Notes under the pieces: generated by a model
Database searches by the model: none
What the model was told of the DNA's origin: nothing
The model's input: the letters and a program-made list of their open reading frames with translations, nothing else
Source: an uncultured Chloroflexia bacterium
GTDB taxonomy: Bacteria > Chloroflexota > Limnocylindria > Limnocylindrales > CSP1-4
Assembly: GCA_963712745.1 (NCBI GenBank)
Contig: CAVQJC010000002.1
Coordinates: forward strand, 160,001 to 224,000
Length of the DNA: 64,000 nucleotides
Direction: 5' to 3'
Program-made: the position numbers and the translations under genes
Shown: piece after piece, positions 29,175-39,190 of the stretch
Layout: the number at the start of each line of letters is the position of its first letter
Position numbering within the stretch: position 1 is the stretch's first letter

Positions 29175-31355
29175 ATGATCGACCCGGGTCCCGAGCTGAG
29201 CGATCCGAACCGGGCAGCGTCCCCCTCGTCCGTACCGGCCTGGCTGGGCAATCTCGCGGCCGTCGGATGGCGCCTCCTGGCCACCATCGCCTTCCTCGTC
29301 GCTCTCGCGTACCTGGGGTCGCTCATCTGGACGGTCCTGGCTGCGATCGGACTGGCCATCATCGTCTCGGTCGTGCTTGCACCGGTCATGATCCGGCTGC
29401 GCAATAGCGGACGCTCGCGGAACTCGGCCGCCGGCATCGTATGGGCGGCCACGCTGGGCGCGGGCATCCTCGTGCTGGCGGTGCTCGCGATCTCCCTCAT
29501 CCCCGCCCTGGTCGACGTGGTCGGCCAGATCCAGGACGGTCAGGCAGAGGTCGAGGCACAGATCGCGGAGCTCTCGCTGCCGGCCTGGCTGAGCGAGCTG
29601 GTGAGCGACGTCATCGGCCGAGCTGAGGGCATCAGCGGCGATGCGATCTCCTCGATGGTGGGATCCGCCGCGAACCTGGTGGGCATCCTCGTCATCGGTT
29701 CCTTCCTGCTCTTCTTCTTCCTGCGGGATGGCGACAAGGCCTGGCGCTGGCTGTTCCAGTGGCTTGACGAGGAGAAGCGGGAGCGCATCGACAGCGCCGG
29801 AGACGAGGCCCTCGAACGAGTCGGCAGCTTCGTGCGTGGCACGACCGGCCTGGCAGCCGTGGCGTCGGTGACGAACCTGCTCTTCATGCTGGTGCTGGGG
29901 ACGCCGCTGGCTGTGGCGCTCGCGATCCTCACCTTCGTGACTGCCTACATCCCCTACTTCGGCGGGCCTATCGCGGCCTACCTCATCATCCTCGCGACCT
30001 GGGGTGCTGAGGGCTCGACCATCGCCCTGGTGATGACCGGCCTGATCCTCGCGCGCTTCCTGCTGGTCCACTTCCTGCTGCGTGAGCGCGTCTACGCCCA
30101 GGCGCAGGAGCTGCACCCTGCGGTCGTCCTCATCGTGCTCCCGGTCGGACTGCAGATCGGCGGCCTGTTCGGTCTGATCCTGGCCGTGCCGCTGGCCGCG
30201 GTCGCCCTCTCGGTCGCGCAGGCGGTGGCATTCATCCTCGAACCCGAGACACCGCGGCCGCTTCCGGACCTGGTGCCGGCCTGGCTCGACGGCGCCGCCC
30301 AGTGGGCCTGGCGCGGTCTGATCGTGCTCGCCGTCGGGGCCGTGCTCGTGCTGGTCCTGACCACGATCCCGCTGGTCGTCCTGCCGGTGATCGTCGCGCT
30401 CATCCTGGCAGCCACCATCGTGCCGCTGGTCGACTATCTCGTACGGCGAGGCCAGTCACGCAACCTGGCCACGGCGGTCGCGGTCACAGGCAGCGCGGCT
30501 GCCATCATCGGTGTGCTCGCCCTGTCCCTCGGATCGCTCGCCCGGCAGGCCGACGAGATCGGCCGGACCGCCAAGACCGGGGCTGGAGATGTGGACGCGG
30601 CGGCCGGGGGCTATCTCGGACTCGGCACGGACGCCATCGAGTCGGGCGCGGATGCTGGCGTCTCCACCATCGCTGACATCGCCGGCGGCCTGGGTCCACT
30701 CGCGCTGGTGCTGGTGCTGTCGGTCCTGCTGACGTTCTACTTCCTGCGCGATGGAGCCGGCATGTGGGCCAGCCTGATGTCCCATCTTCCCGAGGAGGCC
30801 GGGAGCGAGCTCTCCGCGGCCGGATCACGCGCTTTCAGCGTGCTCGGCGGCTACATGGTGGGCACCGGCGCGATCTCCCTCGTGGGCGCCGCCAGCCAGT
30901 TGGTGATCATGTGGTTCCTGGGCCTGCCCCTGGCCTTGCCGGTCTTCGTGCTCTCGTTCTTCGGCGGATTCATCCCGTACATCGGCGGCCTGCTCACGAC
31001 CGGCCTGGCCTTCCTTATCGCGGTGGCCGTAGGCGACAACCTCGACATCGTCGTCATGGCCATCTGGACGCTGGTCTTCAACATCGTCCAGGGCAACGTC
31101 GTCGCGCCCATCGTGTACAACCGCACCACGCACATCCATCCGGCGATCGTGCTGGCGGCCATCCCCGCGGGCTCCGCCGTAGCCGGCATCCTGGGCATGT
31201 TCCTGGTGGTGCCCGTGCTGGGCGTGGTGGCCTCGACCTGGCGGTCGATCCTGCGCCTGATGGGCTCCGATGTGGGTGAGCCCGTGGTGTTCGACGACGA
31301 GGACGAGGAGCGCGCGGCGGAGGGTCCCTCCGACCCGGCCCCCGACCCTGCCTGA
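29175..31355 (+). CDS. AI-2E family transporter with two tandem AI-2E domains
   Basis: Duplicated motifs VPAWL..., FFFLRDG/FYFLRDG, YIPYFG/FIPYIG and LHPAVV/IHPAIV. Confidence 0.85.
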   Translation: MIDPGPELSDPNRAASPSSVPAWLGNLAAVGWRLLATIAFLVALAYLGSLIWTVLAAIGLAIIVSVVLAPVMIRLRNSGRSRNSAAGIVWAATLGAGILVLAVLAISLIPALVDVVGQIQDGQAEVEAQIAELSLPAWLSELVSDVIGRAEGISGDAISSMVGSAANLVGILVIGSFLLFFFLRDGDKAWRWLFQWLDEEKRERIDSAGDEALERVGSFVRGTTGLAAVASVTNLLFMLVLGTPLAVALAILTFVTAYIPYFGGPIAAYLIILATWGAEGSTIALVMTGLILARFLLVHFLLRERVYAQAQELHPAVVLIVLPVGLQIGGLFGLILAVPLAAVALSVAQAVAFILEPETPRPLPDLVPAWLDGAAQWAWRGLIVLAVGAVLVLVLTTIPLVVLPVIVALILAATIVPLVDYLVRRGQSRNLATAVAVTGSAAAIIGVLALSLGSLARQADEIGRTAKTGAGDVDAAAGGYLGLGTDAIESGADAGVSTIADIAGGLGPLALVLVLSVLLTFYFLRDGAGMWASLMSHLPEEAGSELSAAGSRAFSVLGGYMVGTGAISLVGAASQLVIMWFLGLPLALPVFVLSFFGGFIPYIGGLLTTGLAFLIAVAVGDNLDIVVMAIWTLVFNIVQGNVVAPIVYNRTTHIHPAIVLAAIPAGSAVAGILGMFLVVPVLGVVASTWRSILRLMGSDVGEPVVFDDEDEERAAEGPSDPAPDPA

Positions 31356-31450
31356 CATGCTCTCTGCCGAACCGTTGCCATGAGAGCCCGGTTCAGGCAC
31401 CCTTGATTGGTCGAGCCAGCCCCCCGGCAAGCCAACGGAGGGGGTGTGCG

Positions 31451-32437
31451 ATGCGAGCGATCGTCCACGAGAAGTACGGGCCACTCAACGAGGTGCTCAG
31501 CGTCCAGGAGGCTGAGACCCCGACCGTAGCTGAGGGCGAGGTGCTGGTACGGGTCCAGGCTGCCTCGATCCACATCGGGGACTGCCACGGCATGCGGGGC
31601 GTGCCCTACGTCATGCGCCCGATCTTCGGCCTCCGCAAGCCCAAGGCGCGCGTGCCAGGCACGGATATGGCAGGCGTGGTGGAGCAGGTGGGGAGTGGCG
31701 TGACCACGCTCAAGCCGGGCGACGAAGTCTTCGGCTGGGGCAAGGGCGCCTTCGCCGAACTGGCACTCGCGCCGGAGGACCAGCTCCTGCCAAAGCCGGC
31801 AGACCTCACCTTCGAACAGGCGGCGGCCCTGGGTGTCTCGGCCATCACCGGCCTCGTGGCCATCCGCGACGAGGGCAAGGTGCAGGCGGGGCAGAAGGTA
31901 CTCGTCAACGGAGCATCCGGCGGCGTAGGCACCTTCGCGGTGCAGGTAGCCAAGGCCCTGGGCGCCGAGGTGACCGGCGTGTGCAGCGGCCGCAACGCCG
32001 CGCTGGTCCGGTCGATCGGAGCGGACCACATCATCGACTACACGAAGGAGGACTTCACCCAGGGCGGGCCGGTCTACGACCTCATCCTCGACAACGTCGG
32101 CAACCACTCGTTCAGCGACCTGCGACGCGCCGTCGCCAGCGGCGGGAAGCTGCTCTCCAACGGCGCGCCGGTCAACGGCTGGTTCGGTGGGCTGGACCAT
32201 GTCGTCGAAGCCATGGTCCAATCGATCTTCTCGAGAAAGCAAGGGCGTCCTTTCGTCGCCATGGGCAGCATCGAGCGGCTGACGGACGTGCGCGACCTCG
32301 CTGAAACGGGGGATATCAAGCCGGTCATCGACTCCAGCTTCCCCCTGGAGCAGGGCCCCGAGGCCATCCTCCACGTCGTCGATGGCCATGCCGCGGGCAC
32401 GGTGGTCATCACCATGGACAGCCCGCCTGCGACGTGA
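31451..32437 (+). CDS. NAD(P)-dependent MDR-family oxidoreductase (quinone reductase-like)
   Basis: PGTDMAGVVE, VLVNGASGGVGTFAVQ and IDYT motifs. Confidence 0.9.
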   Translation: MRAIVHEKYGPLNEVLSVQEAETPTVAEGEVLVRVQAASIHIGDCHGMRGVPYVMRPIFGLRKPKARVPGTDMAGVVEQVGSGVTTLKPGDEVFGWGKGAFAELALAPEDQLLPKPADLTFEQAAALGVSAITGLVAIRDEGKVQAGQKVLVNGASGGVGTFAVQVAKALGAEVTGVCSGRNAALVRSIGADHIIDYTKEDFTQGGPVYDLILDNVGNHSFSDLRRAVASGGKLLSNGAPVNGWFGGLDHVVEAMVQSIFSRKQGRPFVAMGSIERLTDVRDLAETGDIKPVIDSSFPLEQGPEAILHVVDGHAAGTVVITMDSPPAT

Positions 32438-33024
32438 CCGCCGCCCAAGGACGACCCCACGGGGACGCGACGCTGAATCACCGGGTCGTCGTTGTGCGGC
32501 ATGGTGGCCCGGAGGTCCTGGCACTCATCGAGGAGCCGCTGCCCGAGCCCGCTGCTGACGAGGTCCGCGTCAGGGTCCAGGCGGCAGGAGTGTCCGCCTA
32601 CGACCTCATGCACCGTCGGTCGGGCCGGCTCCCGGGCACTCCCAAGGTGCCGTTCACACTGGGCGAGGACGTAGTCGGCGAGGTAGACGCGGTGGGCGCC
32701 AGGGTGACGGAGCTGGTGCCCGGGCAACGTGTGGCTGCCGCCACCTGGTCGCGTGGATCGGGTGGCTACACCGAGTACATCTGCCTGCCGGCCAGTGACT
32801 TCGTGCCCGCACCCTTCTTCCCGACGCTCGACAAGCTTGCCCGGACGGACCCCGCCTGGTACCGGGATACGCTAGGGGAGCTGCTGGACCTGCTCGCCGA
32901 CCGCGTGATCCGGCCGATCGTGGCAGAGCGCGTCCCACTGGCCCAAGCCGCCCGAGCTCACGAGTTACTCGAGCGAGGTGGGCACCGGGGCAAGGTCGTC
33001 CTTGTGACCGACATCCCAGACTAG
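32434..33024 (+). pseudogene. Internally deleted MDR oxidoreductase lacking the Rossmann domain
   Basis: GroES-like N-terminus (to GGYTEY) is joined directly to the C-terminal ...AHELLERGGHRGKVVL; only 196 aa. Confidence 0.65.
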
Positions 33025-33075
33025 CGGTAGGATCTCGGCTGGCCGGCCAACGCGCCCTTGACGCACGCCTTGACC

Positions 33076-33216
33076 ATGGCCTCGCCCGTTTCGAGCGTGC
33101 CGACCGGGCCTCTGACCGCGCGGTTCACCGCCGGCGATATGGCGGGCCGCTACATCACGACCTTCGAGATGGACGGTCGCAACAGCCACAAGATGTTCGT
33201 GGACGTAGTCGAGTAG
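33076..33216 (+). other. Short ORF or 3' gene remnant (46 aa)
   Basis: MASPVSSVPTGPLTARFTAGDMAGRYITTFEMDGRNSHKMFVDVVE; the 3' half has coding-like codon bias. Confidence 0.3.
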
Positions 33217-33340
33217 GACGCAGGACCCGAGCGACGGACGGGGAATGAGCGTAGATGCTGGCCCCGCCCGTCCGTTCGGCGTCCGAGCACCAGGAACCGC
33301 GGCGGGCCGTCGGCGCCCGCCGATCAGCGAGGCCGACCGA

Positions 33341-33670
33341 CTACTTCGCGGGCAGGGTCTCGGCGTAGCTGACGCCCTCATCCACCCAGGCTCGTAGGGC
33401 CCGTTCGTCACGGAACCCCCTTTCGTCCACGGTGATCCACCCGAGCATGGGTCGCGAGGTGAAGTCCATGGTCCGGGCACCGGGCTTGGCGAGCGCCCGT
33501 TCGTGCGCGTCCTTGCCGACACGAACCATCAGCTCTGCACCGTTCACGCCAACGGCCATGTTGCCGCCGATCATGAAGGCGACCCCTCCGAACATCGCTT
33601 TCTCGGTGAGGGCCGGGTGTTCTCCGATGCAGGCACGGACTCGCCCCGCGAGTGCTTCGTCGTAGCTCAT
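33341..33670 (-). CDS. TfoX N-terminal domain protein
   Basis: YDEALA.RVR...EKAMFGG..FMIGGNM...RPMLGWI; AAGGAGG RBS. Confidence 0.85.
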   Translation of the reverse strand: MSYDEALAGRVRACIGEHPALTEKAMFGGVAFMIGGNMAVGVNGAELMVRVGKDAHERALAKPGARTMDFTSRPMLGWITVDERGFRDERALRAWVDEGVSYAETLPAK

Positions 33671-33788
33671 CACGACCTCCTTGTGTGGCCAAGTGGGTCC
33701 GTGCGGCTGCCCCAGCTTGGATGAGGCCCCAAGATGCGGCAAGACGCGGTGTAGACGACTCGAAGTCGGACTTCACGACGGGATGGTC

Positions 33789-34877
33789 TCAGTGGACCTG
33801 AGTCAGCCCTGGCTCCGTCGTCGGCTGCGGTCTGACCGGGTCGGGGAACAGTCGCGGACGGAGGCGGATAGCCGACCACACCAGCGCCAGCATGATGGGC
33901 ACTTCGATGAGCGGGCCGACCACCGTAGCCAGGGCGACGGTGGGCGAGAAGGCCGTGATGGCGATGGCGATGGCGATCTCGAAGTCACGCCCGGTCGAGT
34001 TGAAGGCGACTGCGACGCCGTCGCCGTAGGCGAAGCGCAGGCGGGAGCTGATGAGCAGCGCCGCGAAGAACATGACCACGAAGAAGATGGACATGGGGAT
34101 AGCCATGTCGACGACGATCATCGGCTGCTCCAGGATGAGGTCACCTTTGAGTGCGAACATCACGATGAGCGTGAACAGCAGGCCCACGATGGAGAGGCCA
34201 TTGAGGTACGGCTTGAGCGACTCCATGGCCACTTCCCCTCGCCGCCGCACCACGTACTGCCGGGTCAGGACGCCGGCCGCGAGCGGCAGACCCAGGTACA
34301 GCAGCACGCTCTCGAAGACGACCCAGACCTCGAAGGCGACGTCCCCGATGAGCAACTGCGAGTAGACCGGGATGAGCGCCATCTGGATGACCGAGTTGAG
34401 GGCCACGAAGACGAGGGCCATGGCCGTATTGCCGCGTGCCAGATAGGTGAACACGATGACCATGGCGATGCATGGAGCAAGCCCGTAGAGGATCAGGCCG
34501 GTTCGTAGCTCCGGATCCGAGACGAAGACGTTGGCCAGCAAGAACATGAAGAACGGGGCGACGAGGTAGTTGAGGATCATCACCACAGCCAGCTGCCTGG
34601 GCGATCGGAAGGCGTCTCCGACCTCGGTGAGACGCACGTTGGTCATAGCCGGATACATCATCGCGAACAGACCCAGAGGCACGCCCAGCGAGATGAGAGC
34701 GGGCACGCTGGCGTCGAACGTTCCGCCCGCCATGGCCTTCAGCGCGTCGATGGGAGGCGTCAGCTCGAAGTCGGAGATGTTCAGCAGACTGCCGATGCCG
34801 ATGCCGATGGCCATGCTGACCCCGACGAACACGGGCAGGAGCCTGAAGTCCTCGAGCCGGAGAAGGAGCGAACGCAT
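33789..34877 (-). CDS. acr3: Arsenite efflux transporter, ACR3 family
   Basis: MMYP, GLAPCIAMV, DFEIAIA and VVGPLIEVP motifs. Confidence 0.9.
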   Translation of the reverse strand: MRSLLLRLEDFRLLPVFVGVSMAIGIGIGSLLNISDFELTPPIDALKAMAGGTFDASVPALISLGVPLGLFAMMYPAMTNVRLTEVGDAFRSPRQLAVVMILNYLVAPFFMFLLANVFVSDPELRTGLILYGLAPCIAMVIVFTYLARGNTAMALVFVALNSVIQMALIPVYSQLLIGDVAFEVWVVFESVLLYLGLPLAAGVLTRQYVVRRRGEVAMESLKPYLNGLSIVGLLFTLIVMFALKGDLILEQPMIVVDMAIPMSIFFVVMFFAALLISSRLRFAYGDGVAVAFNSTGRDFEIAIAIAITAFSPTVALATVVGPLIEVPIMLALVWSAIRLRPRLFPDPVRPQPTTEPGLTQVH

Positions 34878-34977
34878 ACGTCAGCCCTTCCGGTGGCCGG
34901 ATCCCGAGTCAGCGCCGACACCGGACGCCGCCCTCGTACGCTCTTGCTGCTTCATGCCTCATCCCCCACCCGTAACC

Positions 34978-35024
34978 TACCTCAGCAGCGAGTGTCTCAG
35001 GGAAGATCGGTGCACATCAGAGCC
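34978..35024 (-). promoter_or_regulatory. Putative ArsR operator/promoter upstream of acr3
   Basis: Matches 28189-28235 without gaps. Confidence 0.6.
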
Positions 35025-35094
35025 AACGGTCACGGGTCGTCAGGGCCCGCGGCCTGGCCGCGCGCGCTCGCGCTCAGATCTGCAGGCCGACACT

Positions 35095-36420
35095 CTAGGT
35101 TTCCCCGTGTTCGCCGGCTTCCGCGAGCCGCTCCTTGTACTCCGCCCAAGGATCGTAGTCCGGGTCGAGCGGCTCTTGCGCTGGCCGCTCCATCTGCGGC
35201 ACGTGCTCGAGGTTGACGCGGATGCGGGTCCAGGTGGTGGAACGGCCGCGCATGGCGTCGACCAGGACATCGGCCGGCTCCAGCTTCGCGGCGGCCTCGG
35301 GATGGCGAGCCTTCCAGCGTTCGAGACCGGCCAGCGCATCGACCTTCTTCGCAGCGCGGGCGATCTCGATGAGCGGCTTGGTGGACTTGCGTCGGCCGCT
35401 GGGCGACGGCTGGGTCACAGCCTTGCGCTTGGAAGGCTGGACCCGCGGCGGCTCACCCTCCTGCTTGCGGTAGTGGGGCGGCCACGGCGCATCGCCCAAC
35501 CCCTCGGCCTCGTGCCTGGCCGACAGCTCCAGCAAGGCCTCAAGCGACCCGACTGCTTCATCGATGCCCGCGTGGCGGTCGCCGTGCGCCTCGAACAGCG
35601 CCGGCACCGTGGCCAGGGTGTAGTCCTCCGCTACGACAGCCGGAACCTCGTCCCAGTCGAGCGGCATCGAGACGCGCGCATCGGGCAGCGGCCGCACCGA
35701 GAAGGCCGAAGCCACGGTGCGGTCCTTGGCATTCTGGTTGTAGTCGAGGAAGACCCCGTGGCGCTCCTCCTTCCACCACTTGCTGGTGGCCAGCTCCGGC
35801 GCCCGCGTTTCGACATCGCGGGCCAGAGCCAGCGCCGCCCGCCGCACTTCCGGGTAGGTCCAACTGCGGCTCGATGCGCACGTTGATGTGGATGCCGCGC
35901 GAGCCCGAGGTCTTGGGCCAGCCCACCAGGCCGACCGCCTCGAGCGCCTCCCGCGTCACCAGGGCCACCTTGCGCACGTCGTCCCAGGGCACGCCGGGCA
36001 CCGGGTCGAGGTCGACGCGCAGCTCATCGGGATGGTCGAGGTCCTCGGCACGTACCGGGTGCGGATTGAGGTCGAGGCAGCCCAGATTGGCGACCCAGGC
36101 CAGCGAGGCCGCGTCGCGCAGCACGATCTCCTCCGCAGTACGGCCGGAGGGGAACGAGAGCGAGACCGTGTCGATCCACTCGGGCCGCTTGTCGGGTGCG
36201 CGCTTCTGGAAGAAGAACTCACCGTCGGCGCCGTTCGACGAAGCGCTTGAGCGCCATCGGCCGTCCGCCCGCACCGCGCAGGGCGCCATCGGCCACCGCG
36301 AGGTAGTAGCGCACCAGGTCGAGCTTGGTGTAGCCCGGGTCCCGACCAGTAGACCTTGTCGGGATTGGTGACCTTGACCTCGCGCCCCCCGACGTCGAGC
36401 AGCTCGAAGTTGGTGGCCAT
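35095..36420 (-). CDS. LigD-type primase-polymerase (Prim-Pol) domain protein, about 3 frameshifts
   Basis: VTNPDKVY, TKLDLVRYY, FFQKRAP, PDELRVDLDP, KTSGSRGIH and VFLDYNQNAKDRT across frames. Confidence 0.88.
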
Positions 36421-36424
36421 GCGG

Positions 36425-36969
36425 CTACGCTTCGGAAGCCCCCTCGGCGTGCCCGGCAGCATGTGCCCCTCGGCCAGCCAGCGCTCGCGGTCGTGGCGCA
36501 GGATCTCCAGCGTCTCCGCCACCCCGGCCCAGCCGTCGATCTCGACCGACTTGTCCTCGAGGTTCTTGTAGGTGTGGAAGAACTGCTCGATCTCGCGCAG
36601 CTTGTGCGGCGAGACCTGGCGCAACGCCTCGAGGTATGCGTAGAGGGGGTCGGCCAGCGCGACACACAGGACCTTGTAGTCGACACCCTGCTCGTCGGAC
36701 ATCCTGAGCACGCCGACCGGGCGGGCCCAGACGTGACAGCCCGGGAAGGTGGGCTCGTCGATGAGCAGCATGGCGTCGGTGTGGTCGCCGTCGTCGGCCC
36801 GCGTGCCCTCGATGAATCCGTAGTCGAAGTTGTAGAACACGGCCGAGCTCAGGACCCGGTCGAGCCGGATGACCTTGGCCTCCTCGTCGTACTCGTACTT
36901 GTTGCGGCTGCCGGCGGGGATCTCGACGACCACCTCGATGACGGCAGGGAAGCCGGCTTGAGTCTGCAT
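36425..36969 (-). CDS. ppa: Inorganic pyrophosphatase (family I); 3' end uncertain, reads in frame into Prim-Pol as given
   Basis: EIPAGSRNKYE, LDRVL, YGFI, DGDHTD and FFHTYKNLE; TAGACT 6 nt before the ATG. Confidence 0.88.
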
Positions 36970-37018
36970 CCGCGCAGTCTACGGCCACCGGGGACTCCGC
37001 GACCGATAGACTCATCGG

Positions 37019-37546
37019 ATGGACGCCATCAAAGCCATCCGCACGCTTCGGGTCGTGCGCGAGTACAAGCCGCAGCCGCTGACCGACGACGAGGTCCGCG
37101 CCATCGCCGACGCTGCCCGCAAGACCGGCTCGTCCAAGAACACCCAGCGCTGGGACTTCGTCACCATCCAGGATCCCGAGGCGCTGAAGCGTCTGTCTGG
37201 CGTGACCATCTACGCCAAGCACCTGCCCTACGCCGGTGCCGCCATCGGGCTCATCGTCGATGCGCCGAAGCCCGAGCATGCGCGCTCGGTGCTGTGGGAT
37301 CTTGGCCGTGCCGCGCAGAACATCACGCTTGCCGCCTGGGACATGGGCATCGGCTCATGCCCCATCACGGTGCAGGACTTCGATCTCGCCGCAGACGTGC
37401 TGGGCCTGCCCGACAGCAAGCAGTGTCAGTACATCATCGCCCTGGGCTGGCCGGCCGACCCGGACGACCTGACCCGGTCTCCGCGCGCAGGCGGGCGCAA
37501 GGACTACGACGAGGTCGTGCACAACGAGCGCTGGGGTCAGCACTAA
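37019..37546 (+). CDS. Nitroreductase family protein
   Basis: SSKNTQRWDF, DLGRAAQNITLAAWDMGIGSC and RK motifs. Confidence 0.88.
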   Translation: MDAIKAIRTLRVVREYKPQPLTDDEVRAIADAARKTGSSKNTQRWDFVTIQDPEALKRLSGVTIYAKHLPYAGAAIGLIVDAPKPEHARSVLWDLGRAAQNITLAAWDMGIGSCPITVQDFDLAADVLGLPDSKQCQYIIALGWPADPDDLTRSPRAGGRKDYDEVVHNERWGQH

Positions 37547-37568
37547 CCGGGACACGGAGGAGAGGACG

Positions 37569-38000
37569 ATGAGAGCCAAGATCGGAGCAATGGTGGCCGC
37601 AGCGGCTGCCGCGGCGAGCGCAGCAGGAGCAGCCGCCTGGGCCAAACGCCGCAAGGGCGACAAGGGGTCCCACGTGGCGGCAAGCAAGGCCGCGGGAAGC
37701 GCCGACGTGGTGCGAGCGCAGCCGGCGGGAGCTGCGGCCAAGCCCGAGCCGGAAGCTGGGATCAAGCCCGCGGCAACGGTGGACCGACCCGCAGTGGGCG
37801 AGGACGACCTGACCACCATCAAGGGGCTGGGCAAGGTCACGGTCACCAAGCTGGCTGAGCGAGGCATCACCAGCTTTGCCCAGATCGCGGCTTGGACCGA
37901 TGCCGACCTGACCGAGGTCGGGCCGCAGATCAACGTCAGCCCGGGCCGCATCAAGCGCGAGGATTGGGTGGGCCAGGCACGGGCCCTGTCCGAGGGGTAG
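37569..38000 (+). CDS. Helix-hairpin-helix domain protein with N-terminal anchor
   Basis: DDLTTIKGLG...GITSFAQIAAW...RIKREDWVGQA. Confidence 0.75.
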   Translation: MRAKIGAMVAAAAAAASAAGAAAWAKRRKGDKGSHVAASKAAGSADVVRAQPAGAAAKPEPEAGIKPAATVDRPAVGEDDLTTIKGLGKVTVTKLAERGITSFAQIAAWTDADLTEVGPQINVSPGRIKREDWVGQARALSEG

Positions 38001-38069
38001 CGAGCGCCCCGCCGTCTCGGCCGGGACGCCGGGCTGCCCGACCGCGACCGGCGGCTCAGCTCGCCATCG

Positions 38070-38549
38070 TCAACGCGACTCCTCGAGGGCGATGACGAAC
38101 GGGCCCCAGGGCCACTCGTGGGGCAGCATCCAGCCGCGTCGGCCGAAGGGCGAGCGCACCGGTCGCGGGGGCCGTTCGGAGACACGAGAGGGCGGCAGGA
38201 ACCGGGGTCGCTCCAGGTAGAAGGCGGCCAGCCCCGCACCGTGCCGGCCGACGTACGCGGCCAGCAGCGAGTCCTCCTCGGGTCCCTCCAGCAGCAGCTG
38301 GACCGGGCCGTAGCGGACTGCGGCCGTGGCGGCGCCGAGGAGGCGGTCGTGAGCCACTCGCTCGAACGGCAGCGGGGTCATCGCCATGGCCCCGGTGAGG
38401 TCCGGGACGGCCCATACCAGCGCGACGATACGGTCGGCCGGACCGGTCTGTCCGGGCACCACCTCCTGGGCCAGCGCGGCGATCGCGCTTCGTCCGCCGG
38501 GCGCGCGCAACCGGATCAGCAGGTCCTCGAGTCGAGCTGGTCCGGGCAT
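38070..38549 (-). CDS. Hypothetical protein
   Basis: 159-aa ORF; TAGCAT 8 nt before the ATG. Confidence 0.55.
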   Translation of the reverse strand: MPGPARLEDLLIRLRAPGGRSAIAALAQEVVPGQTGPADRIVALVWAVPDLTGAMAMTPLPFERVAHDRLLGAATAAVRYGPVQLLLEGPEEDSLLAAYVGRHGAGLAAFYLERPRFLPPSRVSERPPRPVRSPFGRRGWMLPHEWPWGPFVIALEESR

Positions 38550-38664
38550 CGCCTCACATGCTACGTGCGCGGGGCAGCACAGCGCCGCCGGGCAGATGTG
38601 ACACCGGCGGCGCGGGGCAGGCGAGGGGATCGGCCCTCAGGCTGATCCCTGCTGTATCGATGTC

Positions 38665-38859
38665 CTAGCGGTTGCGTGCCAGGAAGGCCATCACGTCTTC
38701 CAGCCGGAAGCGGCGGTCCCCCCGCTTGCAGACCCGATAGAACGGCAGTTCGCCACGGTCGCCGAGACGTTTGACCGTGTTGACATGCAGGTGGAGGAGC
38801 TCAGCGACCTCGCTCGCGGTGAGCATGGGGCCGAGATCGTTCGCTGCCATGGACGCCAT
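38665..38859 (-). CDS. Small MerR-like/excisionase HTH protein (BldC-like)
   Basis: MLTASEVAELLHLHVNTVKR...GELP...GDRRF. Confidence 0.85.
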   Translation of the reverse strand: MASMAANDLGPMLTASEVAELLHLHVNTVKRLGDRGELPFYRVCKRGDRRFRLEDVMAFLARNR

Positions 38860-39190
38860 CTAACGTTCCTTATCTCGCGTTCAGTGGGCTGCTGGACGTT
38901 GCTCGGTGCTCGGCTCGCTCGGCGCCACTGGAGGCCGAGCCACCAAGATCCTTGCGGACGCTTGTGATGCGGTCCATCGAGGTGTTGGTCGGCATGGTGG
39001 CGTCCGAACTGCCCCTCATCAACCCGTACTTGGGTCAGCCCCACAGGTACCGGGGGCCCGGTGCGTGGCTGCACCGACCGGCAGAATCGGGCCGAGCGCC
39101 AGGGACGGCGGGGCGTCGTACGCTGTGGTCACCCCTCGATCCCATCGGGACGCGAGGGCTCAGCGAGTAACCGACAGACACGGGAGACAG

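Noticed and set aside
38665-38859. Excisionase marking a prophage or ICE
   Set aside because: No integrase, att-like repeats, tRNA or phage genes nearby.
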